From contig NW_020846126.1 of NCBI RefSeq assembly GCF_003704095.1, forward strand, positions 186,001 to 250,000: DNA of 64,000 bases, read 5' to 3'. The notes under the pieces were generated by a model. The model had not been told where the DNA came from, ran no database searches, and saw only the letters and a program-made list of their open reading frames with translations. Below are positions 34,375 through 61,237 of the stretch, piece by piece (within the stretch, counting starts at the first letter, position 1; every line of letters begins with the position of its first letter). Made by a program: the position numbers and the translations under genes. This DNA is from Pocillopora damicornis (Eukaryota).

Positions 34375-34629
34375 ATTTACCAAGAATCTCTATCTCGTAC
34401 ATCGGGTAGACTTGGGGGTATTTGTCGCTGGGAGCTTTTAAATTCGAAATATCAATAATTTTGACTTTCATTATTTAACCCGCAGAAATGCCTGAATAAA
34501 AGTCATACACTTCGATCTATGGTGTCTTTTGTAGATTTTAAATGTTCAGTCCTTATTGTCCCCCTGCTGTTGTAAATGGAATAGGATGAGTGCATTCTTC
34601 TGTTTACACCTGATAGTCCATTGTTCTTA

Positions 34630-34811
34630 AGGTAATTTAGTGTTAACAACTGAGTTGGAAAGCTCTGACGAAGGGCTAACGCTCGAAACATCAGCTTTTT
34701 TACCCTTTACGATGGCAAATTTACGTTTTCAACTCAGTTGTTAACACTAAATTACCTGCTATACTCTCCCACTGACGCAGCACCACAGTTTCTTTAGAAA
34801 CTTGCCCATTT
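34630..34811. mobile_element. Penelope-like-element-derived hairpin repeat
   Basis: 32-bp inverted repeat (34630-34661 / 34726-34757, one mismatch) enclosing a hammerhead motif. The tail gacgcagcaccacagtttctttagaaactt matches the reverse complement of 24283-24313. Confidence 0.7.
34659..34698 (+). ncRNA. Minimal type I hammerhead ribozyme motif (Penelope/retrozyme type)
   Basis: aaagct-CTGACGA-a-GGGC-taac-GCTC-GAAA-c-ATC-agcttt: 6-bp stem I, conserved core, 4-bp stem II, NUH triplet AUC and essentially no stem III. Confidence 0.6.
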
Positions 34812-35098
34812 ATCTATTATTCATAAGTTTGGCAGTTCACTCTGACTAAAATTTCCATACTAGAAAACTCGCGCACGCCTCAATGATATATCCGCCAGCC
34901 AAATTTTCACTTTGTGCAGGCTCAACCGTTACGAAGATATTTCTGCGGGCGCCATTTTCCAAACTCTTCCTTCGTTACGTTGTATTAGTTACCGCCACGA
35001 ATTTTCACGGACCTCCTGATTTCCAGCAGTTTGAAAGAAATGCAGATATATTTATTTTTCCTGGTGAGAAGTAAGTTCTAGGAGGTTTCTTTTTGGAG

Positions 35099-48095
<12,997 letters not shown>

Positions 48096-49533
48096 GGCAC
48101 GCCTGCTGCCCTTATCAGTAAATTATATTTAGCTCCGAATGAAAAGAACATTAACAATGTTTGAGCCTAAGTTTCACCTCTAGGAGAGAATTCAGGTTGC
48201 ATAGAGTGTTTAGTAAGCGATAAAATGGCTTTGATTGGCGGTACATCTTCTATATTTGTTCATAGGAGAGTTACGACCTTGGTCTTATACTGAGTGCTAC
48301 TAACAAAAGCAAGAAAGCGATCAAAATATGTCAATTTGAAAAAGTGCTGATCGCTGGGTGTGAGTAGAGTAGTGAGATACGGAAGGTAGGCACCTTAACA
48401 CAGAATCTAGACCACATTTACTTTGCCATGACTATTGCTAAAACCATCAGTTGAAATGAAAAACAACTAAATAATCACAGAAAATTGTCTCTTTAACTTA
48501 ATATCTTATATCATTGCAGATACTAAAAAATTATTTTCAAAATGTAAATTTTTCACATCTAAAGATTTTGATTATTATTTTTTTGGTCACTAAGCTACCT
48601 TCACAAATCGTAAGTTACGCAGGCGTAATTTGTTGTTGATTGAATTTCCCTTGGATTGAATGCCAGTAGTTGATAAGGTGTATAATTCCATATTTTAACG
48701 TGCAAGTTTTGTTACCCTGGCAAATAACTTCATTTTTGTCTTATTTAGTGTTAGTTCTCAAATTAAGTGCGAGATTTCCCTCGGGTGTAGGCGCACAAGG
48801 GTTTTATTCTCGCAAATGCCAAGTGTGTTCTGGCTATAGTTTATCAGTTAAGTCGTTCTCTACTTTCAAACTGGAATAGTAGTAAATGAAAATGAAAGCT
48901 TTTTCTGAAAAAGAGAAATGGGCGAGCAAGGGAAAAAAGTGGCTTACTTCCCCATGTCTCCTGACAGAGAGCTCCACAGAGGCTAATATAATTAAAAGTG
49001 TGATAATAAATGTTGGCAATGTACTTCAACTGAATTTGCCTTTTTATTTAATCAGACCCTTTTATCTGAACTTTGGTTAGATCAATCATTTGACTCTACC
49101 ATCAATCATTAATCTGCAATAAGGCGTTAACTTCTGTTGTGAAAAGCGAAATTCGAAGGTTGGCGACAGAGGAAAAAAGGGAAGACTTATTTTAATCCTT
49201 TTATCAAGGGTTTGACTTGCGCCAGTAAACTACTGTCGCTCTAGCTTATATAATGCAAGAAGAATGGAACGAGTCATGGCAGGTTTCTAACCTTTTAAAC
49301 GACACGGCAATAAAAGACTGCTGTATTAAACTTCCTTTTCATTTACCTTGCATGTATTAACTCGAAACAAGGAGTGAAAGCGAAGGACGAGAGTTGACCT
49401 CGGATTCCGAATACGAGGTCAATTTACATAATGAAGTGAAGCAGATAACCCTCGGGAGGGTTTAATTTAATTTCGGTAGTTTCCAATCTAAATTTAAAAA
49501 CTTTCGTAAATTCGAGATTTTTTATCTCCTCCA

Positions 49534-52500
49534 TCATTGCTGGGGACATTGATTTTTGGTCTCACCCTTCTTGACGTTGATAACAACAGGAGCAGTTTTC
49601 TGTCCTCTCACAGTGACCGAGGGCATCTGTTCTTTGTGGCTCTCCTGTGAAATACAAATAAATACATTGCAAACAATACCAGTAATTGTGGGGGAGAAAG
49701 ATACACGCCTTGTCGTTTTACTAGATTTTTTAACGGCGTCAATACTCGCTAGTGGCATTTAAGTATATAGAATCAGCTAATGCCAACATACTCGGGCTTT
49801 TATACCTAGGATATGTATACAAGAGATTTTGCAACAGTGACAACCATTTAGGAACACTTATTATACTGGTGTCACGTATGCTACAGGACAGGCACCAGGA
49901 TAACACTTAACTCGGATTTCAATGTAACTGTAACCAGCATCAAGTTAGTTTACCTCAGGTTGAGAATTTTCTTTCAAGAGCCCTCCATAGTCCGGTGCAT
50001 TGTCATGCGTGCTTTGAGTTTCTGATAAATCGATGTCGTCCGTTGCAGTTTGAAAGCGCACCATCGGCTTTCTTTTCAATTCTACCTTACTTTTGGCCTC
50101 GTTTTCGACGTCATTACTTGATAAAGGCAATTTCCGTGGTACATTGCTGGTAATTAAACTTTCTGCAGCAGATTCAACTTGTAAAGGAAAAGTCACATCG
50201 CTGCCTCGTTGTTTTTTGTCGCTTGTTGTGTCAAGAGTGTTAACCAGAACAACAGGAGGTTTTAAAATTGAGGGCTCTAGTTTCGCAACCTTTGCATTAA
50301 TTGACACGGTATTTTCTTGTCCTTTTTTTATGAGTGCTGATGTTCTGGTATTTTTTGAATTGGCCTCGCTGAGCAAAATGGCGGATTTTGTTTTCCGGAG
50401 ACCAGACGAGGTGGATGTTTGAGAGACATTTTGAGGGTCTTTTTGAGAATCTTGAAAACAAGAGGAAAAAAAAGAGAGAAAAAGTAAATATTGAGCGAAA
50501 AGTTGACCTTCTCTTGTCACCCAAGACCAGAGAAACGTTGGAAAATTTGTTTCCTGCTTTTTCCCGCTTGTTGAAATGGGAGAAATTATCTCCTCCTCTC
50601 TGTCGTTTTCGTTCTCTTTCATCTTTTACTCCTCCACATCCCTCAACTTACTCCTCAAATGAATCCTTCGATTGTGAGTTTCAATTTAATCTGTAGGTGA
50701 CTAAAGCAGATTTATCTTTGGCGACAATACTTACGGCTCTGCAGCTTCAGTCGTAAGTCGTCAATTTTCAACCTAAGCTTGATATTTTCACCGTTCAGTC
50801 GCTCGACGTTAGACTCGGACACATGCAGTTGATGTTCAGTGTGACGAAGTCTGTCAGTTTCGGATAACTGAAGTAATGTTTTTGTCTGCAATTCTTTATT
50901 CAGTGCTGCCAAGGCTTTCCTATAGACAAAGTATAAAAGGAAGAATCAGGTAAAGAGCAGGGAACTCCATCCTTACACNNNNNNNNNNCCCCATTTAGAT
51001 TGTCAGAATATAAGAGATTTCTGACTAGAGATTAGTAGGCCATTCGACTTCACTCTGGTAACTGTCTTGTATAAGGTCTAGATTCAGGGTTATGAGATAA
51101 ACTACTCCGTGCAAGCTACACATAAGCTTACTTGGAATCTTCAAGCTGTAACTGAAGAAAGTTCACGTAGTCCTTCTTGTCTCCAAACTCCGAGAATGCG
51201 TCGTGAAACTCCATCAAACGGCTGCTTATGTTGCGCTCTTCCTGAAGGACAAAAGATCAGGGAAACACGCGGTTGGTGTGTAACTTATAGGAGCAATATA
51301 TGATTTAGAATCAGAAACCAAAATTAACGTAACAACGGCTAATTAGGAAAAAGGTAAAAACTACAAGGAGCCAATAAGCCTCCAAACTTGCCACGTGACG
51401 AGCAAGCGACCAAGACATAATTATTGTATAGGAAAATCACGGAGCAACAATTGAAGTGACTGATACCAAACGCCATAAGCTAAGGGAAATAAAGAGTACT
51501 ACCTTCTGCTTCTCTAGACTTGATATCTTTGTGTTCAACATCTTCACCTCGCCTTCTTTCTGCACCAATGCCTGGGTGAGCCTTTGGATCTGTGAGGCGT
51601 CTGCATGACAGCTCTTGACTTGGAGCAGAGTCGCTACTTGATTCTGTAAAGAAAAAATGTTTTTGTTTCCTGGGTTTATTTTTACCTTTTCGTCAAATAA
51701 ATTAATTTCCCTGGTAAAACAGGGTTAGCTTGTGCAATGATTTTCCTTTCAAAAACTTTTTGTTACCTTCAGTCTCTGTAGATGTTGTTTCGTCATGTTG
51801 TGCACTTTCATCGCACCCTCGTGTCTGGCTCGTAGACTTCCATATTTCTTCTCAAGTTCCAATCGCTGGTCCTCAACCTGTAAACAGGTACGTTCAGGCC
51901 AACTTACACCTTGATTGACAAATAAGTGGCGATGACTAAAGAATAACTGAAGTTACACAAAGCCACAACATACCTCTCCGAAGAGAGAATTTCCTTGTTT
52001 TCCAAAGTTTCTCCTGGCATTGTCTGCCTTTAGGTTTTCAAGTTCAGCTTTTAACTCGCCTGCTTCGTTGCGAGCTTCCTGTTAAAATTATACAAAATAC
52101 AAGGTTTTTGTTACAGCTCATTCCTTTTGGGGTGGATTATACTGCATCTGNNNNNNNNNNNCCCCCCCCCCCCCCCCCCCCCGCGAAAGTGTTCTGTCGA
52201 GTGGTTGGTTTCACCCTAGACCTATAAATTGTCTTACCTGTAAACAGTTAAACCAGGTTTGCCCTTGTCGAGCCTTCTCTTGGAGTTCTTCCTCAAGATG
52301 CTCAACTCTTTCCTTCAGTACGTTTCTGTCGAATAAAATTCTCTCCTGACTATCTTTCAAATCAGCCAGCTTCATGGTCAAAGCATCCCTCTCTTCTGAG
52401 AGCTCGGAGGCTAAATGGATGTACTCTTCAATACTCTCTAATCGTGATCGTCCTTTGTGTTGCAGTTCTTCGCTGCTTCGGCGAGCAGCTTGTAGCATCT

Positions 52501-53017
52501 CATCCTGCTTCTTAATCTTTTCTTGCAGCTGAATTTCTACCAGCGTGTGCTTGCTGATATCGTTTTGCAGAGATTCTATTTCTTTTCTCAGTTCACAGAT
52601 CTTTTTTTCTGTTGTCATCTGTTGAGATTTTTCTTTCGCTTCGAATTCCTTTTGAAGCTTTACCTTCAAGTCGTCCAATTCATGGGCATGGTTTGAGTTG
52701 GTTCGAACTTCTGTCTCAAGTCTGGATCGCAAAGAATAATTCTCTTGCTTTAGTTCCTATGAAGAAAATAAATTCATAGAGAACATTTTTCTTCAAACTA
52801 AGTGCTTACAGGAATGAATATTACAGCGTACCTCAAGATTCCCTAACGTTGTTATGTAGTCGTTGTTCACTTCTTCAAGTTTTCTTTCCAATTCCTGGTT
52901 ATTTTCGAGCAAATTCTTCCCAATCTCTCCTGCCAATTGTCCATCCTGCTGCAAGCTTTCGTTTTCTTCTTTTAAACGGATTATTTCCTCTTTGAGAAAA
53001 TATATTTCGTTATCCAT
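49534..53017 (-). CDS. SPDL1: Spindly, kinetochore dynein adaptor (~9 exons; first 53017-52832, last 49644-49534)
   Basis: N-terminal CC1 box (QLAGEIGKNLL), long coiled coil, Spindly motif KQGNSLFGE|V at ~51974-52000, low-complexity tail, and C-terminal farnesylation motif CPQQ* identical to human Spindly. Confidence 0.9.
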
Positions 53018-53322
53018 GATTGCAAAAATACGGCTTTGAGTGCAGATCGAGAATGTTTACGAGGGGTAAATTTCAAATTTCGCTGGAGACGACTTGGGAT
53101 CCAAATGCTAAGGCTGTGATTGGCTGCTTCGTCGATTTAAATCAATCAAAGGCCAATCAAATAGCATAATTTGCTATCATGGGCTCAAATAAAGTCAGCG
53201 GAAATCCAAGATAAACAAAAATGGCGGACCAATCTATAGAGCGAGCTAGCGAAACTCATGATATTTTGAATGGGTAAACTGTGAACTTGGAAAAGATAAA
53301 AAGGATAATTGATGTAATCAAA
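53018..53322. promoter_or_regulatory. Bidirectional promoter SPDL1/GUF1 with CHR, two CCAAT boxes and a YY1-like motif
   Basis: The start codons are ~305 bp apart. TTTGAA lies on the - strand at 53072-53077, ATTGG at 53119-53123, CCAAT at 53153-53157 and AAAATGGCGG at 53218-53227. Confidence 0.65.
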
Positions 53323-56300
53323 ATGAGTATTGCTGAGAAACTTTTTAGGCAGGGAAGTCCTATAACCGGAAAATTACTCGCAAAATCGCTATTTTTGAGG
53401 AGATGTTTCACGTCATTTGGTTATTGCAAGGTCACAGAGTTTCTCACTAAAAGAACATGGTGCAACCTTCGGCACAATTTTCTTGTAAAGGAAACACTTC
53501 AGAACAGAAAGTAAGATGACGATGGTAAAAGTGTATCCTCTGAATCCTCTGTTTCATGTAAATGTTGGTTTCTCACTGTTGAATAGCTTATCCACAGTTG
53601 AATGGTTAAAGGATGTTTTCAATAATCTTTTAGTGGCATTACATGGAGTCAATTTCGAAGAATCTGCAGTCAGTCAACAAGCCATGGAATGCCTACCCAG
53701 GTAAGAAAAGGATCTCTTCGAATTTGTGTCGTAGGTTTGATTTACTGAAGCCATTTCAAATCAGATCTCTTAGAAGTTATGATATGTGATATCTTTTGTA
53801 ATTTTCTTGTTAGGATACAATTGATATGTCTATGTTTCCAGTGTCAAGAATTAAAAATTTTAGCATTATTGCTCATATTGACCATGGAAAAAGTACTTTA
53901 GCTGACAGACTTCTTGAAATGACTGGTAAGTAACAAGTGTATTGTAAATATTCAGACTACATGCATGCAATAAGTGTTTTGTGTTGTATATTACTTTAAA
54001 AGTCAGAAAACTATGAATGCTGGAAATATCTTATGAGCTCATTCTGCATGAGGAATCCTAACAATAGCACAAATTTGTGTCTGGTTTGTGTACATTGTGA
54101 TCTCCATATGATTGGTCATTTGCAAGATGCATTCCAGACATATTTCAGCTTTGTGTGGTTCTCTGAGTTTAACAGAAAAACATCTTGATATGGGACTCTC
54201 CATGGGAAAACGGACACTAACACTTGTCCGTTAAACAGCTTAGAAAAAAGGTTTTAAATGGATACTAAACAGCCAACTCAAGTGTTTAAATGGTTTCCAT
54301 AACCGCCTAAACGGATGACAAAAAATTTAAACGGTTGACCAAAGTCCAAAAATGAATAGCTTAGGCCTTCAAATGGTTGACCAAAAATAGAAACGGATTG
54401 CATGAAACGTTAAATGGTTTACCAAAGTCCCAAACCGGATAGCTAAAACAGTGCTAAATGGTTGACCAAAAATAAAAACAGTTGGCTCAAAACATTAAAC
54501 GGTTGACCAAAAGTCCTAAAAAGTGGATAGCTTAAACCAAACGAAGCACTAAAAATTAATTTAAAACAGTTGTGGTTGAGCTTGCGAGATCTTTGCAGAT
54601 TAACTTTCCGAGCGCTAAGGGATAATTATCTTGAAGCGAAAACATTGAGCATAATAACTTGAAAAATAATAACTAGGATATACTTGTGCATTTTATTTCT
54701 GGGTAAAGTCTATTGCCGTTTTCATGTGACATTCATGAAGTAAGTGCAATTTACCAAGAATAGTTTCGCTGCCAAATATCCTGAATGGTCACTGGGAGAA
54801 AGTCATAATCTCTTCCTTTGTTTATTCTTATTATTATTGAAAATGAACTTTTTGTTTTGAAATCAGGTACAATTTCAAAAGACAATGTCAATAAGCAAGT
54901 GCTGGATAAACTTCAAGTGGAGAGGGAGAGAGGAATAACAGTTAAAGCTCAGACTGCGTCATTAATTTTTGATTATGAAGGAGAAACATACTTGTTAAAC
55001 CTTGTTGATACACCAGTGAGTGTAAATACGTGTACATAGATTGACTTTGATAATAAACCACTATGTCAGATATTAGGCTTGTTAGTGTAACAAGATCAAA
55101 TTAGTGAATAATTTCTTCCTGTTTTAGGGACATGTGGATTTTAGCTATGAAGTGTCCAGATCTTTAGCTGCTTGTCAGGGTGTTATTTTACTGGTTGACT
55201 CAGCTCAGGTACAGTACCTCATCTTTCCTTGTTACATGAAGCATCTTTCTTATTACTTAGGTGCTCTGTAGGAGGCCTGAGTTTCAAATATGCTGTTGTG
55301 TGGTGTGAGTCACAAGTGGCCATCAAGACCGAACAGGCTTGCTTGAGTCCTATGGGTGTTAATTTGCATAGAACAAGTTAAATGACTCAATGGTTACTTC
55401 TAGTGAAGGCTGATTTGTTGGAAGTCCAGGTGTTGAAAGTGAGAGTGAATACTGCGATGTCTAAATGGCTCAAGAAACACACAAATACACATGCTGTCTC
55501 TGTTAGGTCCACATGAAAAGATGTTGTGTGTGTTTATAAAAAAAAATTGGTCTGTAGGCTTCATTAGAGATCAGTTTTAAACGGAAAATGGTATACTCAT
55601 CAACAATCATTCAACTTCCATGTCAAATAATGCTATCTATTGATGCAAAATACTTTGATTGAAATAATTCTTCAAAGTGGGCTTCATCTAATTTCAAGGG
55701 TGTAGTGTAGGGAAACCAAGTTGCATAGAATTGTTTGCTGATATTTTGCCATTGCAAGCTTCTTGAGTATGTACATGTATATGAATCTATTGTTATTGAT
55801 AATGAACTCTCACAAAATGTACCAATTATTTTTTTATTCATGCAGGGTGTCCAGGCACAGACAGTATCAAATTTTTTCCTAGCATTTGATAAGGATTTAC
55901 ATATAATCCCAGTACTCAACAAGGTACATGATTGTATGTCACAGTCACGATTTAACGTTTTCAGATACAGTACTTTTTAATCCTGATTTAGTCGCAAACA
56001 ATGTTCTAATTTTATTCTTTTGAAGATTGATATGAAAACTGCTGATCCTGACAATGTCTCAAAACAAATGGAAAAATTGTTTGATGTCAAACAGAATGAG
56101 ATTTTAAGAGTAAGTTAACAAATATGTAGATAATGAGCACAATTACTTTCAAAGGCTCTTCAATTCCTAAGATATCATCAATCATTCTCCCTTAGAGCTG
56201 CTAGAAATTCTCTCAAAAATTAAGCCGATAGAATTTCATATTATCTCAAGGTAACACTTTCTCACCAGTATTCTTCTTTATTCTCAACATCTATTTGCTG

Positions 56301-59300
56301 ATTAATGCTTTTAAGTTGAGTAGAGAGGTTAATTGTCAATCAGCTCTCAGAGTTAGAGATAATATTAAATCTTTTATGTATTGTAAATGACACCTGAGGA
56401 TAAAACTGTTGCTCAGGAAATAAAAAAGAGATATAATTGAAATTCTGGCTTAGCACCATTTCAGCAGTCCTCTCTAATGTTTTCTTTCATGTATGGTATT
56501 ACCCTAGATCTCTGCAAAAACAGGAGTTGGAGTGGACACTGTTCTGAAAGAAATTATTGAAAAATTACCATGGTGAGTTACAACTAAAGGAAATTATTTC
56601 AAATTTCAAATGATCACCCTTGAAACAAAATTTAAAATAGATATTTCTTGTGATAAGAGTATCTCAACAACCATTAACTAGAGGAACTTTGTCATTGAGG
56701 CTTTTATTCAATAGACTTTGAAAACTGAAAACTAAAACTTGCAGTCAACACTGTAAGATGAGGTTATTAAATTGTAGTCCTTGTAGTCCTCAGGGTGAGG
56801 TGTCAGCCCCCCTAAAAGCTCTTCTGTTTGATTCATGGTATGATCAGTACAGAGGAGTGATCTGCCTTGTTGCTGTTCTTGATGGATCACTGAAAAAGGG
56901 TAGGATCACTTACTTAATACCATTAGAGGCAATGTTTAATATTAAAATAATTAATACCAGATAATTTATGAAGTAAATATCTCTGAGGAATGACTGCTGT
57001 AGTGAGGCTTAATAATCAATAGTATCAGACTTTTTCTTTGTTCATTTATACACATTGTCCAATTTTTGTTAATTTTTTTAACAATGTGGTTTTTTAAAGT
57101 AATCTCTGCTGTAACAGAACAGACTTCTTGAACTGCTGATGTACCATTTTCTCTTCCATCTCTTATCCTACAGGAGATGATGTCATGTCTGCCTACACAC
57201 AACAGAAATATGAAGTCTTGGATATTGGAATAATGCACCCAGGGGAGATCTCTACTGGTGCTCTGTAAGTTTAATTTTTAACACCAATTTATATATTTAG
57301 GAGAAAGTTTTCCCCAGAGAATTGCAAACCTGAACCTACTACTTGTAAGTTAGAGGTGCCAGTTTCTGTCCAGTGGTATGCTTGTAAACAGCTGACATAA
57401 ATAATCTCCTTCAGTCTGCTCGGATCTAACAATGATTTTTTTCATTCAGTTGTACAGCCTCACTAGCTTTTGTTCTGTTGAGGGAAAACATAGACATATT
57501 ATTTTTTAAGAAAATAGAATCAATTATTTCCAAACTTTCCCTTGAGCCTCATTAATCAAGACTGAATGTAATTCACTGCTATAACATGTACTGTATGTGC
57601 TTTGTCTTATTTAACAGGGTAGTACCCTGTAAATTAAAATGCATAATTCATATTGACTTGTTCTGCTTCCAGATTTGCTGGTCAAGTAGGATTTGTTGTT
57701 TGTGGAATTAGGAACAGTAAAGATGCTCAGATTGGTGATACATTTTTCCATCCTCATGCACCTGTTGAACCACTGCAAGGATTTAAACCAATGAACTCCA
57801 TGGTTAGTTGATTCTGAACATTTTTCATTCTTTCACATTCAACTCTTGTGTTATTCTCTTCACGCAAACTTTTCTCACCAGACTCATTTTGCTCCTTGTG
57901 TTCTTTGTAGGTGTTTGCTGGTGTGTACCCTGTAGATCAGTCAGAACATCTCTACTTAAGATCTGCAATTGAAAAGCTCACACTCAATGATGCTAGTGTC
58001 TCAGTTCACCCAGATAGTTGGTACGAATAGAAGTTGCAATTTTGTGAATCATTTTGTAAATGTTGTCTACAGGATGTATGATGTAGTTAATCTAGTTCGA
58101 TGTATTTTTAGCATGCAAATCTGATGTTTGATCATGTTTTTATGTGTACAGGATTAAATGCACAATGTCCTAATGCTATTTGTGTAACTTTGTGAGATGA
58201 TACTTTGGTACAGAAAAGTTATGTAACAAGGGCCATCTCTTAAGCTATCCAGAAATACAATGAACATGCTGTGTGGTTCCCATGAGATCATCCCATGTTC
58301 AATTTGCTTGTATATCATTATTACCTGATATAATATTACAAAAAAAATTGTGACTGATGAGATCTTCATAGAGATCATAAATTCTCCTTTTCAATTATGG
58401 AATGTGGTATTCAGCTGAAAGTTTTTCTCTTTCCTATTGTACCTTATAGTCTGGCTCTGGGTCAAGGATGGCGTCTGGGTTTTCTTGGCTTGTTACACAT
58501 GGATGTCTTTAAACAGCGGTTGGAGCAGGTTTGTATGACTGGTATAGGGGCGCACCTGAGTTAATTGGGTGTAACCCCTCCCAGAAGGGATAGCACAAGA
58601 AAAGTGTTTTTTGTAATATTTGTCCATCAATTTGAAGTGAAGACATCTCACTTAATGACTGCCACATCTCCTATCTGAATTTTTTAGCCATCACTGAGTT
58701 TTCCAATTGTTTTCCATTTCAGGAATATGATGCAAGTATCATCATTACTGCTCCAAATGTTCCTTACAAAGGTGCATAACTGTAGTTTATTATTTACTAT
58801 GAAGGATAGAATGGTATTCAGGGGCAGGATAGCCATTAGTGGATCTTGAAATCAATATAAATGAAGATGATTTTTGGTATCAAGATCTCAGCTTAAATGT
58901 GAGTCCTCTACCACATGCTTATAGAGAGAATATTGGGTAAATGTACATTAATCATAATTCATGTCTGGAGATCAACCAGGACAGGGAAATACTTTTGAAT
59001 TTATCTTAATTTTTTTTCCACATTTTGTTTTACAGCAATTTTGAAAAAGGATGATGTTGAGGTGATGATTCTGAACCCTTTGGAGGTAAGCTGCTGTTTG
59101 ATACAACAAACTAGCTAAACTGAAAATGTCTGTCTTTGTAAGTTTTCTTTTTCATGACTACATTTTGTTGGTTTTCTTGTTGTTGCTTTTTTTCTGTTAA
59201 CTTGACAGCACTGCTAGCTACTACATCGTCTTTGAAACGTTTTGACCAGAATAATTCGGTGAAAGGTAAAATTTCATGTATTGAATCATTTTTGTTTGTA

Positions 59301-61166
59301 GCTCCCAGAGCCCTCTCAAGTGCACGCGTATTTGGAGCCTTATGTAATGGGTACGATTGTGTTCCCTGAAGAGTGTATGGGCAAAATGTTGAGTCTTTGC
59401 GAGGTGAGCTGTGTAGGATAAACTGATTGTGTAACATGTCTTATTTTCCCCTCTCCTCCCCATATGGGATGCTATTACCGTTGAAGTAGCACAGGTTACC
59501 ACCCCTGCCCTCCCTTAAAAAACCTGGTCGTTCTAATTTGTCTATTTTTATTTTTTTACTTCCAGAGCAGGCGCGGTGAGCAGCAAGAAGTACTTTACAT
59601 CGACGAGTCACGTGTCATGCTGAAATACTTGCTTCCGCTGAACGAAGTTATCGTGGACTTCTACGATGATCTCAAATCCAAGTCATCTGGCTATGCAAGG
59701 TTTGTCTTGGATTGTGAAGAGTTGTTACTGTGGTTACTCTTGGTTCGCACTCGTCAGTGTGAAAGTAAAACCGCGGGATAAGAGGCTGAAAACTGATTGT
59801 TGGTTTTCTTCTTTTCAATTTATTTTAGCTTTGATTATGAAGATGTTGGATACAGAGAAACAAACGTTGTTCGGGTAGGGCTAAGCTGAAATTTTACTTT
59901 TTAATATTTTGTAGATTTTTCTAAAAAGTAGTCGACTATTTAGCGGCACAATGATTCCTTATTTACAATTGACATAACTTTTTTCTCAAGGTATAATTTT
60001 TTTTACATGTTTCGTGGTTGTTTGTACAGATGGATATCCTGATAAACGGTCATGCTGTTGACGCCCTAAGCTGTATAGTTCACAAAGACAAAGCCTTACA
60101 ATCAGGACGGTCCATTTGTGCTAAACTTAAGGACGTCATACCCAGGTGAATATGGTGACATAGTTTTGGCCCTCTTTCATCATACCAGCCGGTTAGTGCT
60201 TAAAGTCAGACATTTGTTGTGATAAGATCCCAGAGAGTTCCGAATGGTTACCACGGTCACGCTTAAGCTTTTTCGCGCGTGCGCTCTCAGTTTTCCGCTT
60301 GTTAAGGATGACGTGCCTTATCGGACATTTCTGCGCCCTGCCGGAATGTCAGTTTAGGGTTTTTATTGGTTAATTTTGTCAGTGTCCATCGTAGTCGCAG
60401 CGATTCAAAGTGAGATGTGAATTAGCGCGCTACTACTCATCAGATATTCTATTTAGTATTGATCGGAAGTTTGGATATCATCAATTAATGCTTTCTTTTA
60501 TGGCACAGGCAACTATTTGAAATTGTTATTCAAGCTTCAGTGAGAGGAAAAATCACATCAAGAGAAACGTAAGTTCCGGTTCTTTAAATAACTATTGAGA
60601 GAGTCAGATCCGTAACGTTGTGCTTTCCGAAAGCAAGGCATTACCTGATGATATTTAGATACACCAGCCGAGTTGGCAATGCAGGGATAAATTAGTCCTC
60701 TATTTTTCTCTTTTTCTCAAGAATAAAGCCCTTAAGAAAGGATGTCACTGCAAAATGCGTAAGTATTGACTCTTGATTAATATTCAGCTCCGGTTGTTTC
60801 TTTGAGTCTTTAGTGCCTTTTAATTTTTTGTGTCATTTTTGCACAGATGAGAAGATCATAATTTTTTTCTGATGTTTTTGTTACCTTTTTGTTAATTTTT
60901 GCCCAACTGGGTCATTTTTTTTAACAGTTTTAATTCTTAACTTGTTTCCGCTCATGGTAATTTTTTCGTTATGACCTCTGAGATTAGCTTGTTTGTTTTT
61001 TCTAATTGATGTAAGTACAGTAATTGTTTTTTCTTTCTAGTATGGTGGTGATGTGACAAGGAAAATGAAACTACTTCGGCAGCAAAAGGAAGGAAAAAAG
61101 AAGATGAAAAGGATCGGAAAAGTGGACATACCACACCATGCCTTTCTGAGTGTTTTAAAAAGATGA
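53323..61166 (+). CDS. GUF1: Mitochondrial translation factor GUF1 (LepA/EF-4), ~20 exons
   Basis: Arg-rich presequence, [97 protein letters not shown] and [20 protein letters not shown]. Confidence 0.96.
54228..54570. repeat. Degenerate tandem array of aaacggttgaccaaaa/aaacggatag-like motifs in a GUF1 intron
   Basis: The motif (a)aa(c/t)ggtt(g/t)accaaa recurs about 5 times at ~40-45 bp spacing, alternating with (c)ggatagc-like motifs. Confidence 0.55.
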
Positions 61167-61237
61167 CGATGACCTATGGACACTTCATTGGCGTTATATA
61201 AATCCGTATCCCTTGATTGGCTGAAAAAACCATCTCC

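Noticed and set aside
33449-34811. GIY-YIG genes as the endonuclease of the adjacent Penelope-type element
   Set aside because: There is no RT, and no CxxC/His Zn motif typical of PLE endonucleases. The genes have introns and show purifying selection. The hairpin repeat also occurs at 24.3 kb, so adjacency is probably chance.
52151-52182. Poly-C tract as a regulatory element
   Set aside because: It abuts an N-gap, so its length is unreliable and it probably caused the assembly break.
56150-56360. Further MITE-like relics (also ~510-680, ~51300-51470, ~58150-58430)
   Set aside because: They resemble interspersed repeats, but TIRs and TSDs are too decayed to support by eye.
59210-59265. Poison cassette exon in GUF1 (CAG|CACTGCTAG...AAG|GTAAAA)
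   Set aside because: It would leave only a ~36-nt downstream intron, and the canonical GUF1 alignment is complete without it.
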